Of a DNA stretch of 64,000 bases, positions 37,035-48,791 are shown in pieces. This stretch comes from Azolla caroliniana. Its lineage: Eukaryota; Plantae; Polypodiophyta. Both the position numbers and the translations under genes were made by a program. Within the stretch, counting starts at the first letter, position 1, and each line of letters opens with the position of its first letter. The notes below the pieces were generated by a model. It worked only from the letters and a program-made list of their open reading frames with translations. It was not told where the DNA came from and searched no databases. Location of the stretch: NCBI GenBank assembly GCA_043228905.1, contig JBHGNT010000022.1, forward strand, positions 6,572,001-6,636,000. Direction: 5' to 3'.

Positions 37035-37640
37035 GAGACAAGCTCAACATTGGCCGGTTCGGCTGAAGAAGCCGAGGACCTGATCAGTTGGGACGGATCG
37101 GTTAGGCCGAGTGCGTAAACCGGGAGGTCGTTAGGAAAGATATTCCGTGAGGAATATATTTGGGAGTTAGTGTAGGAGCTCTTGATGAGCATTGAAGTAC
37201 TGTCAGTACTTCGGTCAGTCCTTCTAGGGCTTGTATAAAAGTGTTCACCGAGCACGTCTTATGTACAGACTGAGTATTATTGTTGAATATAGTTTTTTGT
37301 GTCTTCTCTCTCACTCTCTCTGTCTCTCCCGCGTATACCGTGTAAGCTCAAGCTCTCGATTAAACCTGAGTTTCCTTCCTTCTGTTCGGTCTTCATACTT
37401 GCTTCCGCACGTTACTTTTTACAGGGAGGCGTAAATAAAGGTCTTAGAGGTATTAAATCTATAATTAAAACACTAAGGATAAGTTAATACAATGGTAAGT
37501 TCGTGGAGGTATAGGGTTTGAATCTTGCCTTATACACGTAATAAATATTTTTTTAATATTTTATTTTATTTATTATACGTACTTTAAATCGGATATAGTA
37601 TTTTACATATTTCACGTAGTGTGTGATTCACACTACGACA

Positions 37641-39989
37641 ACGGGGTAAGGCAAGGTGATAAGAAGATGACCCAACCCGCTTAAGGATTTCAAATGGGCC
37701 ACAATATCGTGGGGCTAACTTAGCGCACTTGCCCGTAGACAATGATGTAGAGTGAGTAGCGACACGTAAAAAAACCGAGCACGAGGACGTCTCTCCTGAT
37801 TAGCATAAAATCGAGCACGATGTTGAGCTATCTTGACATTTTCTTTGGCATTATGCAACATTTGGTTCATGTCTTGCAAAAAATTGTGTGTATTGTCTAA
37901 TGTATCACGATGAATCATGACATCGACTGGGGCACGTGGCTGAAAACCATACATCAACATAAAAGGACTATATCCAGTGGATGTATGTTTAGAGCTATTA
38001 TAGGCAAATTCTAAGATAGGAAGGTATTGCTCCCACTTAGAAGCGGCTTTGCTACATAAACTCGAAGCATATCCTCAATAATTTGATTAACTCGTTGAGT
38101 TCGTCCATCAGACTCAGCATGATCTGTGGAACTCATGTTCAACGTAGTTTCTAGTTTCTTAAAGACTTGAGTCCAAAAGTCACTAGTAAACTTGGAATCT
38201 CGATCACTAACAATATCCATCAGTAATCCATAAAAATGAAATAACTCATCAACAAATTGATAAGCCAATTGTTGAGCGGTTACTATGGTTTTGGTAGTAA
38301 TAAATCTAGCCAATTTTGTTAGTTTGTCAACGACAACCCAAATGGCATCATGACCCCTCTGTGTACAAGGTAAACTAACAATAAAATCCATTGAGATACT
38401 TTCCCATTTGTTGTTGGGAATATCTAAGGGATGTAAAAGTCCCGCAACTTTAAGTCGTTCCAACTTATTAATCTAACATTGTAAGCATTGAGTTACGTAT
38501 TTATGCACATCAGAGCGCATCTTAGGCCAGGAAAAAGTACTTGAGATGAGAATGAGTGTGCGTTTTATTCCAGGATGCCCCGCAGATGGTGCATCATGAC
38601 ATTCATGAAGAATTTTCTGTTTTACGTTTGGTAAATCTAGAACACAGACCTTTCCACTATGGTAGAGCAAATAATGTCAAAGGTCGCCTTTGAGGGTAGG
38701 GTGCTAGTATCGGCATCTAAACCAGATTCGGCTTTCGTCCAATATTTCGAAAAATAACTGTCATCAAGGTATTTCCCTCGAAGGTGATCTAAAAGATCAG
38801 ATTTTATTTCCGTGAAGCTAAGCATGTTAACTTCTTTAATGTGACTAAGAGCATCCGCAACAGTGTTCATAGAACCCTTGCGATACCGTATGGAAAAATC
38901 TAAATCTTGCATAAGGTCAGCCCAATAGCCTTTACGACCAACAAGATCTGGCTGGTCACAAAAATACTTCAATGATTGATGGTCTGTTGTAACCACAATT
39001 TATTTCGATAGAGATAGTGCCTCCATGTTTTAAGTGCATGTATTACCGCAAACAACTCTTTCTCTTGAACCGAATACCGAGATTGAGCAGCATCAAGCTT
39101 CTTACATTCAAAAGCAATAGGGTGACCGCCTTGGTAAAGAACGACACCAATAGCATAATCACTAGCATCAGTTTCGATTGAGAAAGGCTTAGAAGGGTCC
39201 TATAATAGAAGAGTGGGAGCCTGACACACATGGTCTTTGAGTGTATCAAATGAGTTGTCAAGTTGTTCATTCCATGCAATTGGTTTGACAGACTTACGTG
39301 AATGACCTTTTAAAAGGTCAATTAATGGCGTAGTCAATTTGGAATAGTTACGAATTGATTTTCGTAAACATCCAACAAACCCTAAGAATGATCGCAGTTC
39401 ATGAATATTATGAGGAATGGGCCAAAGTTTAACCTTTCCAATACGAGAAGGTTCAATTTTAACACCATTTTCCGTAATTAAATGACCTAGGTACACAAAA
39501 GATTTTTGGAAAAAATCACATTTTGAATGTTTTGCATAGAAAGAGTTGTCACACAACTTTGGCAAAACAAATCAAACATGTTGAACATGATCTTGCAAGG
39601 TACGCCTATATATCCAAATATCATCCAAGAAGACGACAAGAAAATCACCGAGTTGATCTCGAAAAACGTCATTCATCGGTTGTTGGAATGTGGCTAGAGC
39701 ATTAGTCAACCCAAAAGGCATGAGTAAAAACTCATAATAGCCATAACGCGTACGAAAAGCGGTTTTAGGAATATAATCCTCGGCAATGCGAATCTGACGA
39801 TAACCTGTTCGTAAGTCAATTTTCGTAAAATATTGGGCCCCATGCAAATGATCAATCAAATCATCGGCTCAAGGTAACAGATATGCATTTTTAATTGTCA
39901 TTTTATTCAAATGACGATAATTGATTCATATCCGCCATGAACCTTCCTTCTTCTTTACTTATAGAATTGGCACACCCCAAGGTGATTTA
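37641..39989 (-). mobile_element. Element H: decayed chromovirus-like (Tcn1-type) gypsy pol fragment, RT-RH-INT
   Basis: [32 protein letters not shown]...HPG, WESISMDFI; KLAPRYCGPF motif cut by E at 37640; cut by the F LTR at 39990. Confidence 0.85.
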
Positions 39990-40428
39990 TGTTGCCGTTT
40001 AGGAACACGGTCCATGGTTAGTCCTTCGACCTAGACCTCAAAGTGGGTGTGGAACAACGAACAGGTGTTTAAGCGTAATGGTAAGGGAAGAACCCCTGTA
40101 ACCTATCAGCGTATAAGGGGACACGGCTACAACCGAATCCCTATCAGGGGTTACACTTACGTACTCAAACGCTTAGGTATTCAAGAGACACACACTGAAT
40201 TAGCCGTAGCTTTACACAGAAAATCAGAGAAGATAGAATTCTATTATCAGGCGTTTCTTTACATTCCCAAAATTACACGCACCTCCATCAGAGGTTCTCT
40301 ACCCTTTATATATGCAGGGTCTATTTAGCTGTTGACGCTTCCTGCGTGAACCATTACATGCGTTATGCTCTTATATAATTTCTTATTCCTACGCTTTTGT
40401 CCGTCGGTTACTATTCCGGCGGACAACA
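39990..40428 (-). repeat. 3' LTR of F (439 bp)
   Basis: TGTTG...CAACA inverted ends; TATATAAAGGG on the minus strand; lies between H RT and the F extra-ORF stop. Partner LTR not in the window. Confidence 0.78.
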
Positions 40429-40471
40429 CTTGACACGCCTGTGGGACAGTGCCCTGGCACGTCGGACCCAT
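40429..40471 (-). other. tRNA-Arg 3'-end-like motif in the PPT position of F
   Basis: Minus strand ATGGGTCCGA-cgtgccagggcact-GTCCCAC-AGGCGTG-TCA-AG, then LTR TGTT. Confidence 0.75.
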
Positions 40472-40475
40472 CCCG

Positions 40476-43244
40476 TTAATCCTCTTCCAAAATGGCCCGG
40501 ATGTTCGGCTCTCCTGTGGTGTCCTCGTCCGGAGGTGATGTAGGGCCCGTAGGTGCATCGTGGTGTGGCTCCTCTGTTTGGTCGGGTTGGTTTCTCCCGG
40601 AGTCACTGTCGCCGTGTGTGGGTGGTCCGGGTATGATGGGCTCTTCTTGAGTTAGTGGGTTGGGCTCTGCCATTGTCGTGCTTGCAGGCAGCTGCGGCTC
40701 TGCCTCCATTGTTATGTCCTCTGTGGTGTCGGCCGTTTTTGTATGTTCCGGGGAGTGGGGCGGAGATTCCGCCTGGTCCGTACCGTTCTCTGCGTGGTCT
40801 GATGATAGTGTGGGCTTGTGTGGTTGGACCTCTTGTTGTGTAGTAGTTTCGTTGTCTGGTCCTGTGGGGAACTCCGCTCGTCGGTCCCCGCTATTCTCCA
40901 TCGTTGTCATCTCTGGTGATCGGGCCTGAGGTTCCTCTTCTTCGGTTGTGCCCGGAATTGGCGTCACGCTGGATTCCTCGTTTGTGCGCATGTTGCCGGC
41001 TTGTGTGATCTGATGAAATAACTCCTCCTGACTTTCACCAAAATCATCTAAGAGCTATGCGAGCTCTTCAGAGTGTTGGTCTGCTAGCGCACGATAGTCT
41101 TGCGCTAGGTCCTCCCGTACGACCGCAATGCTCTCCTCATTTAGTTTATAGAAACCTCGACTGTCTTTTCGCCGGTTCTCCCAGTCCGCACGATACGCGT
41201 GCAATTCCGTTGCTTGGGTTGCCCACGCCATCCATCCTTTGTCCAACGTCGTTTTCAATTGCACTGTGAACCTCTCCCAATTTGTTTGGGGAAGGATCCA
41301 CATGTTATCTGTGATGGCCTGGTGATGGTTGCGTGCGTCTTCCATTGACTTCTGGAGATTTGCAATTTCCTGTTGTTTAACCGTTGCCGCTTCCTCATAC
41401 GTGGCCTTCAGGCCCGCCCACAGCTGGGATTCCTTTGCATGTTGTTCCTCTAATTTCCCCATTTCATTGTTTAGGCGGATTTCGAGTTGATGCCTTCTGT
41501 CTTGTTCGACCACCAACTGCTCATCGAACCATACCTTCTTTTTTTCTAATAAGGCCCGAAGTCCTGCTATTGCCACCTCCGATTTCTTTGCGTCCTCTCG
41601 TAATTGTGCGTTGTCGTCTTTTGTCGGGATGTGCTGAGCTACCTCCGTAGCGAGTGTCTCTTCAAGGGTTTTTACTACCTTCCGTTCGTTAGCCCGTATC
41701 TCCTTTTCTCTGTTTGAGGATTGGCATAGTTCTGCTCCAAGGCAGTCAATTTCTGATTCCGCTAGTTGCACGGCCCTTTTTGCTTTTGAGGCGATGGCGG
41801 TCTGAGCCTTGATTTCTTCTTTTAGAGCGTCGATGACGTGGTTCGGTGGCGGGGTTGCGTGTTGTGCCATAGTCGCGTGAGCTTCCAACTCCGTGATGCG
41901 TGCGTTGACTTTTTGCAATTCGGCTTGGGTCAGTTTAACCTTCTTCCAGACATTCTTATTTTTTATGGCCATCTCCTTGGCGCCCGTGCTGACCTTTGCC
42001 AGTTCTCGATGGACTTCGACTAGGGCCGTGTTTAAGGGGGGTATCTCCATCCCCACTCGGCGTACCCCAGCGTTCCTCTGTCTACCAACCCTGGCTAACA
42101 GGTCCTCATCGTCACTCTCCGTTGTTTGTGTTAGGGCGCGCTCAATCATCTGGCGTTCCGCATGCTCTTCGGCCATTCGTTGGGCAACTTTGACCTGTTG
42201 CGTTGCCAGGAACTCCATGAGCTCAAAAGAAGTACCAAACTGCAAGAGGGCGTTGAACTCGTGGGCCGTATCCGGGATATCCGGATATGCCAAAACCTCG
42301 CTTTCCGCCGTCAATACGGCTTTCCCTCATTGGGACTGGGTCGTAATAATCAGTCGTGGCTCCCGGATGATTTCGAAGGTGGTATTGGGTTCCGCTGCTA
42401 CGGAGCCTTCGCCTTCGGTCGGTGTCTCCGTTGCCGTGGGGGCGTTTTTTACCAACCCCCGCCCATCTTTCCTGTCCAATCTGTGCCGTTTTGGCCTGGG
42501 GCTTTCCCGCCGTGTTTCGGTGTCTGGTTCTGGGACTACTTCCATGGAACGTCTCGGCTGTACCTCCTGCGTTGTCTGTGTGTCCGGCTGGTCGGTAGGT
42601 GGTGTTGTCCTTGGGTCTGGATGGGCCGGTTGGGGTTCCTCTTCCCGCTCTAGGGCCGATAACTCCGCTAACCTGCGTTTCGCGGATCGGGGCGGGGCCG
42701 TGGGTTGGCTGGGCTGCAATGCTGGCAGGCCTCGGGGTGGAAATAGTACCGTAAGGTACTGTTGTATGATCGGCCTGAGCTTTTTTCCTGCTTGGTATGC
42801 ATGCAGGCCTACCCGTAACGTCGGCCCTGTGATGACCCCCCAGTTGACGACACGCCCTTCAAAGGTATCGATAATGATGCCTGCCTTTTGCTTAGGCATC
42901 CCATATGCATTGACATGTACACAACCGACTTCTAGCAGGAACTTGGCAACTTCACGGAAGAAGGAATCCGGAATCTGTTTTGTTCTATAGGCCTTGGCGG
43001 AGGAGGAATATGGCCCAAAATACCACTGCAGCGCCTCTGCAGGAGGTATTTCGAAATGTCTTTCGCCCAATGAGGATAGGTCCAACTTCTTCCAGATGGA
43101 AGAGTTGGTGACCGTGTCGATGTTAAGCTTCTTGGCGATGTCCATGGCATCCGGGTGCGGAGGTGCTTTTGTGACCCGGATGTAACCATCCAGGCATTTC
43201 TCCATGAGCCATCGGCGTAGGGCAGTAGAGATGAAGATCGGCAT
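40476..43244 (-). pseudogene. Extra ORF of F
   Basis: In-frame pieces 42327-43433, 41055-42314, 40476-40991; WL...LDGY, YFGPY, FREVA, MPKQKAGIIIDTFEG..VNW align with B/D; ends ILEED-stop. Confidence 0.85.
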
Positions 43245-43927
43245 CACTAGAGTATGTTCGTGGGGAGGAGACGGGTGGTTGTGGTGAGTTGGAGCTCTGA
43301 GATAGGATGGGGGAGAAGGTGAGGGGGAGCAACGATGGGAGCGCTGATAGCTAGAAGATGGGTTTCTGCTTTGTGCAGAAAATCTTATGTTTCCTTCTTT
43401 TTGTGGCTTAGGGTTCGTTGGGCGGTGAGCCATCGTGGTGCCGCGTGTTCTTGCACTAGGAGTTTGTGCATGCCTTTAGTCGTTTTAATAGTCACTATCT
43501 TCTCCTTTTTATCTTTTTCTTTTTTTCGTAACGGTTATTTACAACCTATTTTTACATTATAGTACAAGTGGGGCTGTCCATTTTATGCTATGGGTTCTCC
43601 GGCTCTGTCCTATTCGGCGGTGAATGGGTTAGGTGGCGTAGGGCCCAGGTAATGTTTGAGCCGAAACCCATTCACCTTTTGCTGTACTACTTCTCCAGCC
43701 AGCGTTCTTACTTGGAACGTGCCTTGTTCCACTCTAATTATCCAGTATGGGCCGGTCCAGCGGAAACGTAACTTCCCCGACATATGGCCCATGCGCGTTT
43801 GAAAAACTAGCACCGCTCGGCCCACGACGAACTCCTTTTCCCTTGCGTTCTGATGTCGATCCACAAATGCTTTACGTCGTCATTGTTCCTATTCCAACAC
43901 AGCCATGTGTTGGGAGACAAGTCCCTC

Positions 43928-44257
43928 CGGATGGTGCAGGCCCGGTATGAACCGGATGAGGAGAACCCGACTGCGGAGAGTCGGATGGTGCAGGCCCGAT
44001 ATGAACCGGATGAGGAGAACCCGACTGCGGAGAGTCGGATGGTGCAGGCCCGGTATGAACCGGATGAGGAGAACCCGACTGCGGAGAGTCGGATGGTGCA
44101 GGCCTGGTATGAACCGGATGAGGAGAACCCGACTGTGGAGAGTCGGATGGTGCAGGCCCGGTATGAACCGGATGAGGAGTACCCGACTGCGGAGAGTCGG
44201 ATGGTGCAGGCCCGGTATGAACCGGATGAGGAGTACCCGACTGCGGAGAGTCGGATG
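43928..44257 (+). repeat. Six 54-bp tandem units in the K 5' LTR (five in the 3' LTR, ~48822-49097)
   Basis: Unit CGGATGGTGCAGGCCCGGTATGAACCGGATGAGGAG(A/T)ACCCGACTGCGGAGAGT. Confidence 0.95.
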
Positions 44258-44744
44258 GAGCCCATCGAGGCTACATTTGTAAATCGCCGAAAAGTCATAT
44301 TAGTATAAATATGACTTAGGGCAAACTTTTAATGTTGTTGTCATTCTTGTTGTTATTCTTTTCTTGTTGGTGCAAGAAGAAATTAGAGCGCGTAACTGTA
44401 CAGAGAGAGAGAGAGAGAGAGAGACACGAGGTCGTTGCCTCTGTCGTAACCGCCGCCTGTGGCGAAGATCTGAGAGCACGAGGTCGTTGCCTCGGTGATC
44501 TCACTGTTGTATATTTCTCTATAGTGACAGTTTGCAGCTTGTGGGCTGCCGTGGTTTTTCCCCTATTTTGGGGTTTTCCACGTATACCTCCTGTGTACCT
44601 TTTCTCCTCTTCTTCTCCTCTTTTGTGTCGCGTCTCATTACCTGTTTTTCTGTGTATGTAAATAATCTCGGTTGTGGCCGAGCGTCGGACATAAGGAACA
44701 TCGAGTTCCCAACAAGTGGTATCAGAGCAAAATCGACACAGAAA

Positions 44745-47700
44745 ATGGACGAATCGTTTGGCGGCATGTTCAAGCTCACCGGCTCCAACTACTCAGTGTG
44801 GAAGTCGAAGATGAGGGACATGCTCGTGGTTAAAGACCTCTGGCTGCCGGTTCAGTTCGGGGACAAGAGACCGGACAAAATCGACGCCGCGATATGGGAG
44901 GTGATGCACATGAAGACAACGGCGTACATAAGGTGCTTCATCAACATGAGCCTGTACAACAACTTCAATGAAGAGAGTAAGGCTCATGAGCTCTGGGAGA
45001 AGATCGGCACAATGTTCCAGAACAAAAATGCTGTCAACCAGGCGTCGGTATTCCGGAAGCTTGTAAGACTCCGGTACCAAGATGGCCACAGCATGGCAGA
45101 GCATATGAATGCCTTCCAGGGGCTGATTCACCAGGCAACGTCATTGGAAGTACCTCTTGCCGATGAGGTCCTAGCGCTACTCCTGCTCGGTTCCCTCCCG
45201 GATAGCTGGGAGACGTTGGTTGTTACTTTGGGCAACGCTGGGCCAGAAGGAAAACGGTTATCCCTAGCAAGAGTAAAGTCGAGCTTGCTAGATGAGGAGG
45301 CTCGTCGGAAAGACAAAGATACGAGCTCCGACTCCAAAGCGCTCCTTACCGAATCGGAACGCGGAAGACAGAGAAACCGTAGTCCCCAGAACCGGGAGAA
45401 GTCGGGGACACGATCAAAGTCAAGGGGGAGGCCTACTTGCTTCTATTGCGGCAAGCCGGGACACTTCCAAAAGAACTGTCGGCATTTCCATAAAGACAAG
45501 GAAACCGACGGTACCAATTCGAAGCAAACCCCGAACCGGAACGGTAAAGACCGGAGGGGGCCGGACCGGAACGGAACGACGGCAATTGCGGCAAGTGAAG
45601 AGGAGTTGATGCTCATCACCGAGGAGAGTGAGATAAACCATGCCGGCGATGAGATGACCTGGGTGGTAGACTCCGGAGCGTCGTTCCACCTTACCCCGGA
45701 CCGGAAATGCTTCTCATCCTACTCAGCCGGTGATCACGGCTGTGTCCGGATGGGGAATGAAGGAACATGCCGAATTGTCGGCATAGGAGACGTGTGGCTG
45801 ACAACACCAACCGGATGCAAGCTGCTGTTGAAAGGTGTCCAACACGTTCCAGAAGTACGTCTGAACCTGATATCAGCCGGTCGGCTAGATGATGAAGGCT
45901 ACACGGGTAGCATCCGGAACGGTGTCATGAAGTTCAGCAAAGGGAGCCTGATTGTGGCTCGGGCCCGGAAGGTAAACACACTGTACCTGATGAATGCCCG
46001 GTTATGTCCGGAAGAAGTGAACGTGGCTTCCGACACTGCCGGTGAGCTGTGGCACAAGAGGCTATGTCACATGAGTGAGAAGGGGATGAAGAGGCTTGGA
46101 GACGACAACCTCATTCCAGTGAAGAACGTGCACTTAGAGAAGTGCACTGATTGTCTGGCCGGTAAGCAGAACCGGACCTCCTTCCGACCAAGGCCACCGA
46201 TGAGACGTAATGCACCACTGGAGTTGGTGCATACGGATGTTTGTCAAGTAGACACGAAGTCACATGCCGGAGCGCAGTACTTCGTGACGTTCATAGATGA
46301 TCACAGCCGGAAGCTGTGGGCCACACCGCTGAAGACGAAGGATCAAGTGTTATCCGTCTTCAAAGAGCTCCACGCGAGAGTGGAAAGAGAAACCGGCCGG
46401 AAGCTGAAGGCGGTTCGAGCAGATAACGGAGGTGAGTACCGGGGGTAGTTCGAGGAGTACTGCCGCTCGAAGGGAATCCGGCTCGAATTTACCGTGCCGA
46501 AGACGCCGGAACTAAACGGACTGGCCGAGAGGATGAACCGGACCATAATGGAGAGGGTCCGGAGTATGCTAGCGCATGCAAAACTACCCAAGAAGTTTTG
46601 GGCTGAGGCACTGTCGACGGCGACATATGTGATAAACAGATCACCCTCAGTACCCTTGGACAGAGACACGCCACAGAGAGTATGGACCGGTAAGGAAGTG
46701 TCCTACCGGCATCTAAGGGTGTTCGGGTGTCTCGCGTACGTGCATGTAGCAAAGGACCGGAGAGGAAAGCTAGATCCAAAGACCCGGCCATGTATATTCC
46801 TCGGTTACGGTGACGATGAGTTCGGCTACCGAGTGTGGGACCCGGTCGACAAGAAGGTATTCCGGAGTCGAGATATTATTTTCATGGAGGACAAGACGCT
46901 CGCCGACTGGGAGTCGGAGAAGAAGATAATGAACTCCGAGTCGACCGGTAAGGATAGACTCTACAATGAGCAAACCCAACCGGCAAGAGACCGGTTAGCA
47001 CTCGAGGAACCAGCCGGTTACGGTGAGGATACCGAACCGGCAGAAGAAGAAGTAGAGGAAGCTGAGATTGGAACCGGTCAAGATCCCGAATCGGATTCGG
47101 ATGAAGAGCAAATGGAGGAACCGATTACCGAAGCCCGAAGACGTAGATATCCTCTCAGAGAGAGAAGGGCGCCCCAGAGATTTCCGGATGCAGAGCATGT
47201 CCTGCTGACCGATGAGGGGGAGCCGGAAAGCTTCGAAGAAGCGAAGGTTGACACCCACAGCCGAAAATGGTTAAGTGCCATGCAGGATGAGATGGATTCC
47301 CTACATGAGAACCATACGTACGAATTGGTGGAGCTGCCGAAAGGAAAGCGGGCACTCCGAAACAAGTGGGTATTCAAGTTGAAACTGGGAGATGCCGGCA
47401 ACCCCCCGAGATACAAAGCCAGGATCGTGGTGAAGGGGTTCCAACAGAAGAAGGGCGTGGACTTCGACGAAATATTCGCCCCGGTAGTAAAGATGACCTC
47501 CATCCGGACGGTGCTGAGTATAGCAGCAAGCATGGATCTCGAGGTAGAGCAGCTAGACGTGAAGACGACATTCCTTCACGGCGACCTCGAAGAGGAGATC
47601 TACATGCAGCAACCGGAAGGATTCGTGGAGAAAGGGAAGGAGCACCTGGTATGCCGGTTGAAGAAGAGCCTGTACGGACTGAAGCAGGCTCCCCGGCAAT

Positions 47701-48791
47701 GGTATCGGAAGTTCGACTCCTTCATGACCGATCAAGGGTACCACAAGACGCAGGCCAATCACTGCGTGTTTGTGAAGAAGTTCGAAGGAGGGGACTTCCT
47801 GATACTCCTCCTGTACGTGGATGACATGTTGATCGTCGAACGAGACCAAGGAAAAATACGGATGTTGAAGAAGGCTCTCAACCGGACCTTCTCAATGAAG
47901 GACTTGGGTCCGGCAAGACAGATGTTGGGGATGCACATCATTCGGGACCGGTCAGTGAAGCAACTATGGCTGTCACAAGAGAAGTATGTGACAAAGGTGC
48001 TTCACCGGTTCAACATGTCAGATGCAAAACCGGTCGGATCGACACTTTCGGCAAACTGCAAGTTGTCCGGCAAGCAAAGCCCGAAGACAAAAGGAGAAAA
48101 GGCAGATATGATGAAGATTCCATATGCCTCTGCTGTCGGGAGCTTGATGTACGCAATGGTTTGTACCCGACCGGACATTGGATACGCAGTCGGAGTGGTG
48201 AGCCGGTTCATGAGTAATCCCGACAAGGAGCATTGGAACGCGGTCAAGTGGATACTCCGGTATTTGAAGGGCACTTCAAATATGTGTCTCTGATTCGGCT
48301 CCGGAAAACCTCAACTGGATGGTTTCACCGATTCGGACATGTCGGCTGATGTGGATACTAGCCGGTCTACATCCGGGTATGTGATGACATATGCAGGGGG
48401 AGCTGTCTCATGGCAGTCGAGGCTGCAGAAGACGGTCGCATTGTCAACCACAGAGGCGGAGTACATGGCGGCTGTGGAAGCCGGCAAGGAAATATTATGG
48501 ATGAAGGACTTCATCGGGGAGCTCGGTATCCGGCAAGAGGAATACCGACTCTACTGCGACAGTCAAAGTGCCATCCACCTTGCTAAGAATGCGGCCTACC
48601 ATTCCCGGACAAAGCATATCCAGCGAAGGTATCACTGGATCCGGGAAAGGGTAGATGACCAGGAGTTCACATTGGCGAAGATCCACACGGCCGAGAACGG
48701 GTCAGATATGCTGACCAAGGTGCTGACACCCGACAAGCTGGACGTATGCCGGAAGAGGATCGGGCTAGAAAGACACCCCATGCCGGAGTGA
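44745..48791 (+). pseudogene. gag-pol of K, single frame with two stops (46446, 48291)
   Basis: CFYCGKPGHFQKNC, WVVDSGASFH, HTDVC, YVDDML, HSRTKHIQRRYHWIRE. Confidence 0.93.

Larger units (their letters stand above)
30408..37423 (+). mobile_element. Element J: full-length Ty1/copia related to G, inserted in the E 5' LTR
   Basis: 395-bp LTRs (30408-30429 plus 31751-32123; 37029-37423); TSD GGTAG/GGGAG; PBS TGGTATCACAGC 32124-32135; PPT GAGGGGGAG. Confidence 0.93.
22135..37640 (-). mobile_element. Element E: apparently non-autonomous relative of C (tRNA-Trp PBS); 3' end not seen
   Basis: 5' LTR 29824-37640 (split by J) resembles C LTRs; PBS 29802-29819 identical to C; gag homologous to C gag (29419-29785, resuming 23699-23927 after G); no pol visible. 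Left limit uncertain. Confidence 0.8.

Noticed and set aside
41893-42990. Long antisense ORFs (also 22944-23933, 2035-2808, 57614-58378)
   Set aside because: Shadows of sense ORFs in GC-rich or repetitive coding DNA; no recognisable motifs.
43807-44308. Repeat-protein ORFs (MVQARYEPDEENPTAESR)n and their antisense versions
   Set aside because: By-product of a stop-free 54-bp LTR repeat; no independent coding evidence.
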